Part shown: piece after piece, positions 1 through 8,798 of the stretch
Layout of the letters: each line of letters opens with the position of its first letter
Position numbering within the stretch: the stretch's first letter is position 1
Origin: Acidimicrobiia bacterium
GTDB taxonomy: Bacteria; Actinomycetota; Acidimicrobiia; IMCC26256; JBBRZM01
Assembly (NCBI GenBank): GCA_038236695.1
Contig: JBBRZM010000010.1
Span: forward strand, 2,363-66,362
Reading direction: 5' to 3'
DNA: 64,000 nucleotides
The notes under the pieces: generated by a model
Databases searched by the model: none
Told to the model about the DNA's origin: nothing
Seen by the model: the letters and a program-made list of their open reading frames with translations, nothing else
Position numbers and translations under genes: made by a program

Positions 1-432
1 CGCGAGGTCGATCAACGTCCGCACGATGGTCGTGACCGGGATGCGCTGGCGTTCGGTACGATCCAAGCGATTCGACCGGGTGGTCTCATGACTCACGACA
101 CCCGGCAGTCGGTGCCAGCGGGCGAAGGGCACGGTCACCTCGACGGGCACCGGCTCGGCGACGGGAAGTTCCCACAGCCGGGCCGCGCTGCGGTGGCTCG
201 CGAATGCCCTGCCCTCGCCACTGCGGCACGCGGTCAGAAGCTGTTGCTGCCACGAGTCGGCCACCCCCGCGATCCGATAGACACCCGGCGCGAGGCGTTC
301 CCAACGGCCGTACTGGCAGCGTTGCTCGATCATCAGTTGCGTGCCACCCCGCCGGATCGCCTGGTGGGTGGTGACGATGCCGTACTGGGTCGCCGCCAGC
401 CGGCCGATCACGCGGTCGAATCCATCGTCCAT
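1..432 (-). CDS. Partial CDS (N-terminal part; continues past window start): AbiEi-N-terminal/DUF559-type protein
   Basis: My own translation from ATG 430-432 reads MDDGFDRVIGRLAATQYGIVTTHQAIRRGG...YRIAGV...SHRSAARLWELP...VEVTVP...RIPVTTIVRTLIDLA. It stays open to the window edge, so it is absent from the ORF track. The pattern is typical of this actinobacterial family. Confidence 0.6.
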   Translation of the reverse strand, partial: MDDGFDRVIGRLAATQYGIVTTHQAIRRGGTQLMIEQRCQYGRWERLAPGVYRIAGVADSWQQQLLTACRSGEGRAFASHRSAARLWELPVAEPVPVEVTVPFARWHRLPGVVSHETTRSNRLDRTERQRIPVTTIVRTLIDLA

Positions 433-462
433 GCGGCCCAGTCAACCGGTGGGGTGTGACAC

Positions 463-529
463 TCGGGCCCGAACCATCGTTTACTCGAGGAATCCCCTCG
501 GTATTTGCCGGGAATACCTCGAGTGAACG
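463..529. repeat. Palindromic structured element, copy 1 (see copy 2 at 30954-31020)
   Basis: Contains the perfect palindrome TCGGGCCCGA, then a 12-bp stem GTTTACTCGAGG (479-490) / CCTCGAGTGAAC (517-528) around a 26-nt loop with an inner hairpin. 56 of 67 positions are identical to copy 2. Lies 15 nt past the stop of ACAD 545..1675. Confidence 0.7.
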
Positions 530-544
530 AGTTCTGAGACGTCG

Positions 545-1675
545 TCAGTCGAGGAGGAGGGTGGCGAGGGCTTCGAGGGACTCGATGCGGCCGCCGCCGG
601 CGTGTTGCAGGGTGAGGAGGCGCTTGTAATAGAGGTGGACGTCGTGCTCCCACGTGAAGCCGACTCCACCGAAGACCTGGATCGCGTTCGCTCCCACTTG
701 GTACAGCTCGTCGGCTGCGAACGCCTGCGCCATCGCCGCGGCGCGCTGGCGTTCGCGCGCATCAGCCGCGTCGCACGCCCACGCGGCGTAGTACGCGCCC
801 GCGCGCGCGAGCTCGACCGCGCGCAACATGTCGGCGCAGAGTTGTTGGACGGCCTGGAACGCGCCGATTGGCCGGCCGAACTGTTCGCGCTCCTTCGCGT
901 ACTCCACTGCGAGCTCGAGTGCGCGGGATGCCGCGCCGACTCCATCGAGCACCGACGCGACGGCGAGTCGGTCGACGGCCCCGTCCACCGCGCCGGCAAC
1001 GTCGACTGCACCTTCGCCCCCGCCCCCGAGCCGCCACGCCGGCGCGTCGCGCAAAACGACCGACGCCTGCTTGCGTGTACCGTCAACCGTCGACGTCGCC
1101 TCGACTACCACGCCTTCGGTATCGCGCCGCACCGCAAACACGTCCAGGCCATCGTCGGTCATCGCGGTGACCAGCAGCAGGTCGGCCGCGACTGCGTCGG
1201 GCACGTGCGCCTTCGTGCCGTTCATCGCCCAACCGTCGCCGACCACGCGTGCGGACGTGCCCGGCGTGCGCCACTCCGACCGGGCGTCGGGCTCATAGAG
1301 CGCGACCGTGCCGATCGTGTCGCCCGACGCGAGGCCGGGAAGCAGTAACCCGAAGTCGCGTTCGTCGCCCGCCGACATCACCATGCTCACCGCGCCGATT
1401 GCCGACGACTGGTACGGCCCCGGATGCACGGCCCGGCCCAGCTCCTCGAGCACCACCGCCTGGTCGACCATGCCCCGGCCCGCGCCGCCGCAACTGTCCG
1501 GTACGAGCAGACCGGTCACACCGAGATCGGCGAGGCCCCGCCAGACGTCGTCAGTGGTGCCGCGCGGATCGTCGAGCTGCGCGCGCACATACGGCGAAAC
1601 GGGGGCTTGTTCGCCGAGGAACCGGCGCACCGTCGCGCGCAGCAGTTCCTGGTCTGCGCTGAACTCGAAATCCAT
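545..1675 (-). CDS. Acyl-CoA dehydrogenase family protein
   Basis: 376-aa ORF. MDFEFSADQELLRATVRRFL N-terminus and a C-terminal QVFGGVGFTWEHDVHLYYKR motif typical of ACADs. Divergent from a second ACAD. Confidence 0.85.
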   Translation of the reverse strand: MDFEFSADQELLRATVRRFLGEQAPVSPYVRAQLDDPRGTTDDVWRGLADLGVTGLLVPDSCGGAGRGMVDQAVVLEELGRAVHPGPYQSSAIGAVSMVMSAGDERDFGLLLPGLASGDTIGTVALYEPDARSEWRTPGTSARVVGDGWAMNGTKAHVPDAVAADLLLVTAMTDDGLDVFAVRRDTEGVVVEATSTVDGTRKQASVVLRDAPAWRLGGGGEGAVDVAGAVDGAVDRLAVASVLDGVGAASRALELAVEYAKEREQFGRPIGAFQAVQQLCADMLRAVELARAGAYYAAWACDAADARERQRAAAMAQAFAADELYQVGANAIQVFGGVGFTWEHDVHLYYKRLLTLQHAGGGRIESLEALATLLLD

Positions 1676-1733
1676 GTGCCTGCTTCGCTCGCCCGCGTTT
1701 GGCGCGGAGCGTATCCGAGTATCGTCGGTCCCG

Positions 1734-2933
1734 ATGCGACTGCACTATGGCGAGGCGGAAGAAGCGTTCCGCGCCGAGCTCGTCGCGTGGCTCGAGACGA
1801 ACGCGCCGCCGGCGCCGGAGCTGCACGCGCCACGCGAGTCGAGTGCCGATTTCCAAGACTGGTCGCGCGCGTGGCAGCGCCGGCTGTTCGACGCCGGATG
1901 GCTCGTGCCCGGCTGGCCCACCGAGCTCGGCGGCCGTGACGCCACGCCCGTCCAGCAGATGATCTATTTCGAGGAGCTCTCGAAGCGGCACGTGTCGCGC
2001 AGCGTCAATCCGCAGGGGCTCGGCATCGTGGCGCCGTCACTCCTCGACTACGGCACCCCCGAGCAGCGCGAGCGGTTCCTCCTCCCCACTTTGCGGGCCG
2101 AGATCGCGTGGTGCATCGGGATGAGCGAGCCGGGCGCGGGCAGCGACCTCGCCGGTCTCAGTACCCGGGCAGTGCTCGACGGCGACCACTTCGTCGTCAA
2201 CGGCCAGAAGGTGTGGACATCCGGCGCGCACCACGCCGACTGGTGCCTGTGCTTCGTTCGCACCGACCCCGACGCGCCCAAGCACCGCGGCATCAGCGTG
2301 CTCATCGTCGACATGCGCTCACCGGGCATCGAGGCCCGCCCGTTCCCCGAGCTCACCGATCCCACTCGCTGCGACTTCAACGAGGTCTTCTTCACGGACG
2401 TGGTGGTGCCGCGCGATCACCTCCTCGGTGAGCTCAACGGCGGGTGGCCGATCAGCCAGGGCTCGCTCGCGCACGAACGGGCCATGTTGTGGATCGACTA
2501 CGCATACAGCCTCCAGCGCGCCGTCGACGTGCTCGTCGAGACCGGACAGCGAGAGGGCCCCGGCGGCCACGGCACGCGTCTCGCCGACGACGACGGCTTC
2601 CGCGACCAGGTGGCCTCGCTCTACATCGACGCGCAAGCGATCATGCTGATGGGCTACCGCGGCTTCTCGAAGTACGCCAAAGGAAAAGCCAATCCGGAGC
2701 ACTCACTGCTGAAGCTGTTCGGCAGCGAGGCGATCCAGCGCTGCTGCCTCGTGGGTACCGAGGCGATCGGCGCCGCGGCGGTCGACGACGACGTGCTCGG
2801 CCCGACGCTCCTTCGCCCCGGCTCGTGGGCCACTCAGTACCTGCTGTCGTTCGGCGGTACGATCCCCGGCGGCACCAGCGAGATTCAACGCAACATCATC
2901 GCGGAGCGCGTGCTCGGCCTTCCCCGGAGGTAG
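1734..2933 (+). CDS. Acyl-CoA dehydrogenase family protein
   Basis: The in-frame ATG at 1734 (MRLHYGEAEEAFRAEL...) removes an Arg/Ser-rich upstream extension that overlaps the neighbouring gene. Motifs GMSEPGAGSDLAG and GGTSEIQRNIIAERVLGLPR. Confidence 0.85.
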   Translation: MRLHYGEAEEAFRAELVAWLETNAPPAPELHAPRESSADFQDWSRAWQRRLFDAGWLVPGWPTELGGRDATPVQQMIYFEELSKRHVSRSVNPQGLGIVAPSLLDYGTPEQRERFLLPTLRAEIAWCIGMSEPGAGSDLAGLSTRAVLDGDHFVVNGQKVWTSGAHHADWCLCFVRTDPDAPKHRGISVLIVDMRSPGIEARPFPELTDPTRCDFNEVFFTDVVVPRDHLLGELNGGWPISQGSLAHERAMLWIDYAYSLQRAVDVLVETGQREGPGGHGTRLADDDGFRDQVASLYIDAQAIMLMGYRGFSKYAKGKANPEHSLLKLFGSEAIQRCCLVGTEAIGAAAVDDDVLGPTLLRPGSWATQYLLSFGGTIPGGTSEIQRNIIAERVLGLPRR

Positions 2934-2935
2934 GG

Positions 2936-3622
2936 ATGACGGACGATTCGGAGCTCAGCGCGGCCGACGTGCAGCGCATGACGACGCCGCTGTGGGAGCA
3001 GGTGAAGATCGCGTTGGCCCGCGGCAAACCCGAAGACGCGGCCGTCCTCCTCGACCGGGCTGTCGACCAGTGGCGGTCGCTGCAGGACTACTCGATCAAC
3101 TGGATCACATCGCTGCTCACGTTTATCGGTGACGAGCTGGGGGAGGAGGCCGTCGAACGCGCGTTGCGCAAGACGGGTGACGAGTTCGTGCGCCCGCGTC
3201 GCGACACCGGTATTGACTGGGCGTCGCTACCGGCGAGCGCGCGGGCGAAGGTCATTGCGCGCGCCATGTTGAGCAACTTCGGCACCGTCGACGTCGCAGA
3301 GGACGACGAGAAGATCATCCTCTCGTTTCGCTGTGGCAGCGGCGGCCGGCTCATCGACGAGGGTAAGTACGAGGGTGATCACGCGTACCTGACGCTGCGC
3401 GAGCGCGCCGGGCGGACCTTCATGCGCGACGAGCTTCCCGTGTACTGCGCCCACTGCTCGGTCAACAACGAGATGCAGCCGATCGAGTGGGTTGGCACGC
3501 CCACGAGCGTGGAGCACCCACCCGAACGCGCCGGCGAGCCCTGTGTGCACCACGTCTATAAGGACGCCCGCGCGCTGCCGGACGAGGCGTACGAGCGTCT
3601 GGGCAAGACGCCACCTGAGTGA
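2936..3622 (+). CDS. Hypothetical protein with four conserved-looking Cys (C..CxxC..C)
   Basis: ATG at 2936, 2 nt after the ACAD stop. 228 aa starting MTDDSELSAADVQRM, with FRCGSGG, VYCAHCSVNNE and PCVHHV. I do not recognise a family. Confidence 0.55.
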   Translation: MTDDSELSAADVQRMTTPLWEQVKIALARGKPEDAAVLLDRAVDQWRSLQDYSINWITSLLTFIGDELGEEAVERALRKTGDEFVRPRRDTGIDWASLPASARAKVIARAMLSNFGTVDVAEDDEKIILSFRCGSGGRLIDEGKYEGDHAYLTLRERAGRTFMRDELPVYCAHCSVNNEMQPIEWVGTPTSVEHPPERAGEPCVHHVYKDARALPDEAYERLGKTPPE

Positions 3623-3725
3623 GGTGGGCTCAGCCTGAGCATGAGAAGGGCAGTTCGACCATCTGATGCAACAAATCCGGCACCTGGCGCGCCATGACAC
3701 CGCGCGCAATCGGCCCGGCGCCCGT

Positions 3726-5387
3726 TTAGCCGCGGAGCAGGCGACCCGGCAGGGCCGCGATCCCGTCGTCGGCCGGCGCGCCATCGACGCGGATCGGTAC
3801 CCCGTTGACCAGCGTGTGCCGCATGCCGGCCGGTTGATCGGCGACGAGACGTTCACCATCGGCGGGGAAGTCGCGCACTCGTCGCAGCGGCCCCGGTGCG
3901 ACCGTCGTCGGATCGAACACCGTGATATCGGCGGCCATGCCTTCGCGCACGTAGCCGCGGCCCGCGAGTGAGTACACGTCGGCCGGTTCGCCCGTGAGCT
4001 TGCGCACGCCGGCTTCGAGCGGGATCGCCTCCCGCTCGCGCACGTAGGTGCCGAGCAGTTCCGTCGGCATGCACGCGTCGCAGAGCTGGCTCACGTGCGC
4101 GCCGGCATCCGAGAGGCCGATGAGCATGCCCTCCTGTCGCAACAGCTCGTCGATCCCGTCAGGATCGTCGTTGGCGAGCACGCTGCGGAAGCGGGTACGC
4201 AAGTCTTCTTCGAGCGCGAGGTCGAGGATCACGTCCAGCTCGAACGTGCCGCGCTCACGGGCGAGCTCGTCGATCGTCTTGCCGACGAGCTCGGGATGCG
4301 TGTCGCACTCGCCGACCGTGAGGCGGTTCCACCGGGGCCGGTAGAACTTGCCGTGGTCGAGCTCGTGCTGTGCACGCTGTCGCCAGTCGGGATCGCGGTA
4401 GTGCGCGAGCTTCTTCTCGACCGGCGCGCCCATCAGCTCGCCGAAGATCGGCACCATGTTGAACTCGAACGGCTCGACCATGTTCATCGCGAACACGAGT
4501 GGTCGCACCGACACTTGCGGCCACACGTCGGCACCTTGCGCGCGTTCGCGCCCGTTCATCTCGGCGTAGTCGCGCGCGAACTCGGTGCCCTTGAGCGTGA
4601 GCAGCGCGGTCCACGTGAACGGCCGTCCGATCGTGCGTTGCAACGCGTACACGTCGGCGTGCTTCACTCGTTCGCCGGGCAGGAACTCGACGACGCCGCG
4701 CCCCAGTTCGCCCAGCGGCGCGAGCAACACCTCGAGCTCGTGCGGGTCGGCGAGCCGTGACGGCACCGGCCGTCCGCCGTCGCCCGAGTGTGTGGCCGAC
4801 GAGCTCGTAGCGAACCCGGTCGCGCCGGCGACCATCGCTTCCCGCACGACGCCCTGCATCGCTACCAGTTCGTCGTCGGTCGCGGCGCGCTCGTAGCCCT
4901 CGTCGCCCATCACCCAGAGTCGCAGCGCGGTGTGGCCGAGGTAGGCGCCGTAGTTGAGGACGGTGCCGTGGCGTGTGACCGAGTCGAGGTACTCGGGGAA
5001 CGTCTCGAAGTCCCACGGGATGCCGGCTTGCAGGGTCGGTAGGCTCATGTCTTCGACGTGCTCGAGCGTGCGGGCGAGAAGGTCGCGGTGCTCGGGACGG
5101 CAGGGCGCGATGGAGAAGCCGCAGTTGCCGGCCACGACGCTCGTGACGCCGTGGTAGCTCGACGGCGTGAGTGCCGGATCCCAGAACACCTGCGCGTCGT
5201 AGTGAGTGTGGATGTCGATGAACCCCGGCGCGACCACGTGCTCGGACGCGTCGAGCCTGCGCGCGCCGTGCAAGTCGTCGCCGATCTCCGTGATGAGCCC
5301 ACCGGTGACGGCCACGTCGGCCCGCCGGCCGGGCGCACCACTCCCGTCGACAACCGTGCCGCCGGTGATCACGAGATCGGCTGCCAT
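3726..5387 (-). CDS. N-acyl-D-amino-acid deacylase (D-aminoacylase) family amidohydrolase
   Basis: 553 aa. MAADLVITGGTVVDGSG...GFIDIHTHYD metal-binding N-terminus and overall length typical of the family. Paralog at 39037..40746. Confidence 0.8.
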   Translation of the reverse strand: MAADLVITGGTVVDGSGAPGRRADVAVTGGLITEIGDDLHGARRLDASEHVVAPGFIDIHTHYDAQVFWDPALTPSSYHGVTSVVAGNCGFSIAPCRPEHRDLLARTLEHVEDMSLPTLQAGIPWDFETFPEYLDSVTRHGTVLNYGAYLGHTALRLWVMGDEGYERAATDDELVAMQGVVREAMVAGATGFATSSSATHSGDGGRPVPSRLADPHELEVLLAPLGELGRGVVEFLPGERVKHADVYALQRTIGRPFTWTALLTLKGTEFARDYAEMNGRERAQGADVWPQVSVRPLVFAMNMVEPFEFNMVPIFGELMGAPVEKKLAHYRDPDWRQRAQHELDHGKFYRPRWNRLTVGECDTHPELVGKTIDELARERGTFELDVILDLALEEDLRTRFRSVLANDDPDGIDELLRQEGMLIGLSDAGAHVSQLCDACMPTELLGTYVREREAIPLEAGVRKLTGEPADVYSLAGRGYVREGMAADITVFDPTTVAPGPLRRVRDFPADGERLVADQPAGMRHTLVNGVPIRVDGAPADDGIAALPGRLLRG

Positions 5388-5443
5388 GCGTCTGCCTCCC
5401 GTTCACGCTGCCGCGGCCCTGGCGAATCGACCTTATTACGATG

Positions 5444-5457
5444 TGACACGAGTGTCA
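5444..5457. promoter_or_regulatory. Palindrome TGACACGAGTGTCA (site a of a recurring TGAC-N6-GTCA motif)
   Basis: Perfect 6-bp arms in the 149-bp divergent intergenic region between 5387 and 5537. Confidence 0.5.
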
Positions 5458-5536
5458 GGAGAATGCCCCGCTAGATTCGCCCCGGCGCCGAATCGATCGA
5501 CGCACGACCAACGCACGGTTCACGAAGAGAGCAGCA

Positions 5537-6235
5537 GTGGAACCAGCACCCGCGCCGGCCTTCGACCGCGAGTACTACGAAGACAACGGGCAAGCGGGTG
5601 ACCGGGTCGCGCTGTGGTTCTACGAACGGGTGGCGGCGCGGCTCGCGCCGGCGGGCAGCAGGGCGATCGACTTCGGCGCCGGCGTCGGGTTCTTCGCCCG
5701 CCGGCTCGCGAAACACTTCGATGCCAGCGCGTACGACGGGTCGGCCGAGGCACGGGAGCTCACCCACAGCAACGCTCCTACCGTGCACATACGCGACAAC
5801 ACCGACGCCATCGAGCCGGGGTCGTTCGATCTCGTCACCGCCCTGCACGTGCTCGAGCACATTCCCGACCCCGCGCCCACGCTCGAGATGTTCCAGCGCT
5901 GGCTCGCACCCGGCGGCCGGCTCCTGGCAGTCGTGCCCAACCCCGACGGCTGGGGTCACCGGCTCTCACACGACGACTGGTTCGCGTTCAAGGACCCCAC
6001 CCACTGCACGCTGCTCCCGATGCACGAGTGGCTCGACCGCATCACGGGTGCCGGCTTCGTCATCGATCGCGCGGGCACCGACGGGCTCTGGGATCCGCCG
6101 TACGTAAAGCGGGTACCGCGGGTCGTGCAGCTGCCGGTGTTCGGGGCGATGGCTGCGGTCCAGGTCGCGGTCGGTCGCTTGTTCCTGCCGCCGCGTTGGG
6201 GTGAGTGCCTGGTCCTGATCGCGACCCGCCGCTGA
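5537..6235 (+). CDS. Class I SAM-dependent methyltransferase
   Basis: 232 aa, GTG start. AIDFGAGVGFF motif I and VLEHIPDP. Confidence 0.75.
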   Translation: MEPAPAPAFDREYYEDNGQAGDRVALWFYERVAARLAPAGSRAIDFGAGVGFFARRLAKHFDASAYDGSAEARELTHSNAPTVHIRDNTDAIEPGSFDLVTALHVLEHIPDPAPTLEMFQRWLAPGGRLLAVVPNPDGWGHRLSHDDWFAFKDPTHCTLLPMHEWLDRITGAGFVIDRAGTDGLWDPPYVKRVPRVVQLPVFGAMAAVQVAVGRLFLPPRWGECLVLIATRR

Positions 6236-6258
6236 TCCCTCGCGACCGTCGAGCGAGT

Positions 6259-6272
6259 TGACGCTCGTGTCA
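6259..6272. promoter_or_regulatory. Palindrome TGACGCTCGTGTCA (site b)
   Basis: 5 nt upstream of GTG 6278 and 20 nt upstream of ATG 6293. Overlaps a possible TTGACG -35 hexamer (6258-6263). Confidence 0.45.
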
Positions 6273-6277
6273 GGTCC

Positions 6278-7345
6278 GTGGAGACTCGGCGGATGGCCGA
6301 GCTTCCTTCGTCGATGCAGGCCGCGGTGTACCGCGGTCAACGTGATCTGGTCATCGAGGAGCGGCCCCTTCCCGAGGTCGGCGCCGACGACGTGCTGCTC
6401 GAGATCAGTCACTGCGGTGTCTGCGGCAGTGACCTGCACTTTGTGCTCGACGGATGGGGTCGCCCGGGCTCGGTCGAGGGTCACGAGTTCTCCGGCCGGG
6501 TGGCCGCCGTGGGCGGGCGCGTGAAGCGCTGGAAGGTCGACGACGAGGTCGTCGGCGGCCCGGGGCCGCGCTGCGGCGAGTGCGAGTACTGCCGCGCCGG
6601 CCGGCCCTCGCTGTGCACCGGCCGCGGCCCGCTCGGCGAGGGTGACGGCACCTGGCAGGGAGCCTTCGCGCAGTTCATGCGCGTCCCGGAAACCGACTTG
6701 CTGGCCCTGCCCGACGGGTTGTCGCTGCGTGCCGCGGCGCTCACCGAACCGCTCGCGGTCGCGCTGCACGGACTCACCCGCGGTGCCGCGCACATTGGCC
6801 AGCGGATACTGGTGACGGGCGCGGGACCCATTGGCGCGCTTTCGATCGCGGCTGCGGTCGCGCGCGGCATCACCGACATCGTCACGAGCGAGCCGTCCCC
6901 AGGGCGGCGCGCGCTGGCCGAGCAACTCGGCGCGACGGCGGTCGCGCCCGACACGCTCGTGACGCCGCGATCTCCCAACCGGATTGTCGACGAGCCGTTC
7001 GATGTCGCGCTCGAGTGCTCGGGACGCGCCGACGCGATGGAAGCCGCGCTCGGCCAGCTCAAACGCGCCGGCACTCTCGTGCTTGTCGGCGCGGGTATCA
7101 AGCCGCCGCGCTTCGATCCCAACCGCATCCTGCTCAACGAGCTGGTGGTCACTGGCGCGTGTACCTATGACGCCGGCGGCTTCGATGTCGCGCTCGAGCT
7201 GCTCGCGTCGCCCGACTTCCCGACCGATCTGCTCCTCGAGGGCGACGACGTCCCGCTCGAGGGCCTGTTCACCGCGATCGAGCGGCTCGCGTCGGGCGAG
7301 ATCCCCGCGAAGGTCCTGATCGCACCGAACCGAGGACGCACATGA
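6278..7345 (+). CDS. Zinc-dependent alcohol dehydrogenase (MDR) family protein
   Basis: Motifs GVCGSDLH, GHEFSG and CGECEYC (structural zinc) plus GAGPIG Rossmann motif. The start may instead be ATG 6293 (MAELPSS). Confidence 0.85.
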   Translation: METRRMAELPSSMQAAVYRGQRDLVIEERPLPEVGADDVLLEISHCGVCGSDLHFVLDGWGRPGSVEGHEFSGRVAAVGGRVKRWKVDDEVVGGPGPRCGECEYCRAGRPSLCTGRGPLGEGDGTWQGAFAQFMRVPETDLLALPDGLSLRAAALTEPLAVALHGLTRGAAHIGQRILVTGAGPIGALSIAAAVARGITDIVTSEPSPGRRALAEQLGATAVAPDTLVTPRSPNRIVDEPFDVALECSGRADAMEAALGQLKRAGTLVLVGAGIKPPRFDPNRILLNELVVTGACTYDAGGFDVALELLASPDFPTDLLLEGDDVPLEGLFTAIERLASGEIPAKVLIAPNRGRT

Positions 7346-7794
7346 GTGACCAGGCGATCCGCAAGCCCAGGTTCAACCACGTCGCGATGAGCGTGTCCGC
7401 CGACCTGCTCGGTGAGGTGGGCCGCGCCGACATCCTGCGGTTCTACGGCGACGTGTTCGGCTGGCAGGAGCACCCCACCGAGACGGTCGACCGCAAGAAG
7501 CTCGTGCTGCGCGTGCACAGCAACGAGCAGTTCGTGTTCCTGATCGCCGACGACCCGCCGATGATCTGCCCGCGCCTCGACCACTTCGGCATGTCGGTGG
7601 CGACGATCCCCGAGCTCGGCGACGCGCTCGCCCGCGCCAAGGCGTTCGCCGCGCACGACGACCGCGTCGACGTGATCGACAAGAAGACCGACGACTTCGG
7701 GATGCTGAAGCTGACGAGCTTCTACGTCGGATTCCTGCTGCCCATGATGATCGAGATCCAGCATTACGAGTACACCCCCCAAGCCGACCAGTGA
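7342..7794 (+). CDS. VOC (glyoxalase/dioxygenase-like) family protein
   Basis: 150 aa. ATGA overlap with the ADH stop. FNHVAMSV...LDHFGMSV pattern. Confidence 0.65.
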   Translation: MSDQAIRKPRFNHVAMSVSADLLGEVGRADILRFYGDVFGWQEHPTETVDRKKLVLRVHSNEQFVFLIADDPPMICPRLDHFGMSVATIPELGDALARAKAFAAHDDRVDVIDKKTDDFGMLKLTSFYVGFLLPMMIEIQHYEYTPQADQ

Positions 7795-8771
7795 CCGATA
7801 CGCCCATCAGGTACGGCGCCTTCGCGCCGCAGGGTTGGAAGCTCGAGTACAGCGGCTGGGGCGCCGCCGACGCGTGGGCTCGCACGGTGGAGGTCGCACA
7901 GTTCGCGGAGCGGGCGGGCTATGACCACTTGTGGGTCTACGACCATGTCGAGACGGTGCCGCGACGCGAGCCCACCCACATGTTCGAGGCGTTCACCACA
8001 CTCGCCGCGCTCGCGACACAGACTTCGAGCATCCGCCTCGGCCAGCTCGTAACGTGCTCCACGTACCGCAACGCGGGGTTGCTGGCAAAGGAAGCTGCGG
8101 GGATCGACGTGATCTCCGGCGGCCGGCTGATCCTCGGTCTCGGCGCAGGGTGGTACGACCGTGAGTACCGGGCGTACGGCTACAACTACTTGCCCGACCG
8201 CGAGCGGCTCCGGGTGCTCGAGGAGACAGTCACGGTCGTGAAGCGCCTCTGGACCGAGGAGACGGTGACGTTCGACGGCGAGCACCTCCACTTCGACGGT
8301 GCCTACTGCGATCCCAAACCGCTCCAGCAGCTACCCGAGATCTGGATCGGTGGTGGTGGCGAGAAGGTCACGCTGCGCATCGCGGCCGAGCACGCCGACG
8401 CGACCAACTGGCAGACCGGCCTCGACGAGTTCGTGCACAAGTCGCAGATCCTGCGGGAGCACTGCGAACGGATCGGGCGTGACTTCGACTCGATCGTGCG
8501 CACGCACGGTCCCGACTGCCAACTGTTCGACACGGAGGCCGATCTCCGCACGTGGCTCGCGACGCCATCCGGTGGCAGCCTCTGGGGCCGCGGTGACGAC
8601 GAGGGCTACCTGCGCGACAACTTCGTCGGCACCGCCGAGCAGGTCATCGAGAAGGTGCAGGCATTCGTCGACGCGGGATGTCGCGAGTTCGTGCTCTGGT
8701 TCCGCGACTACCCGTCGGCCGAGAGCCTCGGACGCCTCATGGCCGAGGTCGCGCCCAAGATCACGAGCTGA
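7791..8771 (+). CDS. LLM-class (luciferase-like) F420-dependent oxidoreductase
   Basis: 326 aa. GTGA overlap with the upstream gene. GYDHLWVYDH, LGLGAGWYDREY and IWIGGGGEK motifs. Confidence 0.8.
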   Translation: MTDTPIRYGAFAPQGWKLEYSGWGAADAWARTVEVAQFAERAGYDHLWVYDHVETVPRREPTHMFEAFTTLAALATQTSSIRLGQLVTCSTYRNAGLLAKEAAGIDVISGGRLILGLGAGWYDREYRAYGYNYLPDRERLRVLEETVTVVKRLWTEETVTFDGEHLHFDGAYCDPKPLQQLPEIWIGGGGEKVTLRIAAEHADATNWQTGLDEFVHKSQILREHCERIGRDFDSIVRTHGPDCQLFDTEADLRTWLATPSGGSLWGRGDDEGYLRDNFVGTAEQVIEKVQAFVDAGCREFVLWFRDYPSAESLGRLMAEVAPKITS

Positions 8772-8798
8772 CGCCGGGCGCGTCGGGCCGCGACTTCG

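Noticed and set aside
1-432. A complete AbiE-type toxin-antitoxin or abortive-infection module at the window start.
   Set aside because: Only the N-terminal part of an AbiEi/DUF559-type gene is visible, and any partner would lie outside the window. Single-gene DUF559 fusions of this kind are common and not necessarily defence-related.
463-529. The palindromic elements as integron attC sites or as a MITE.
   Set aside because: The outer arms (GTTTAC…GTAAAC) do not fit the RYYYAAC/GTTRRRY core sites and there is no integron integrase. At about 50-67 nt with only two copies seen and no target-site duplication, MITE status is unsupported.
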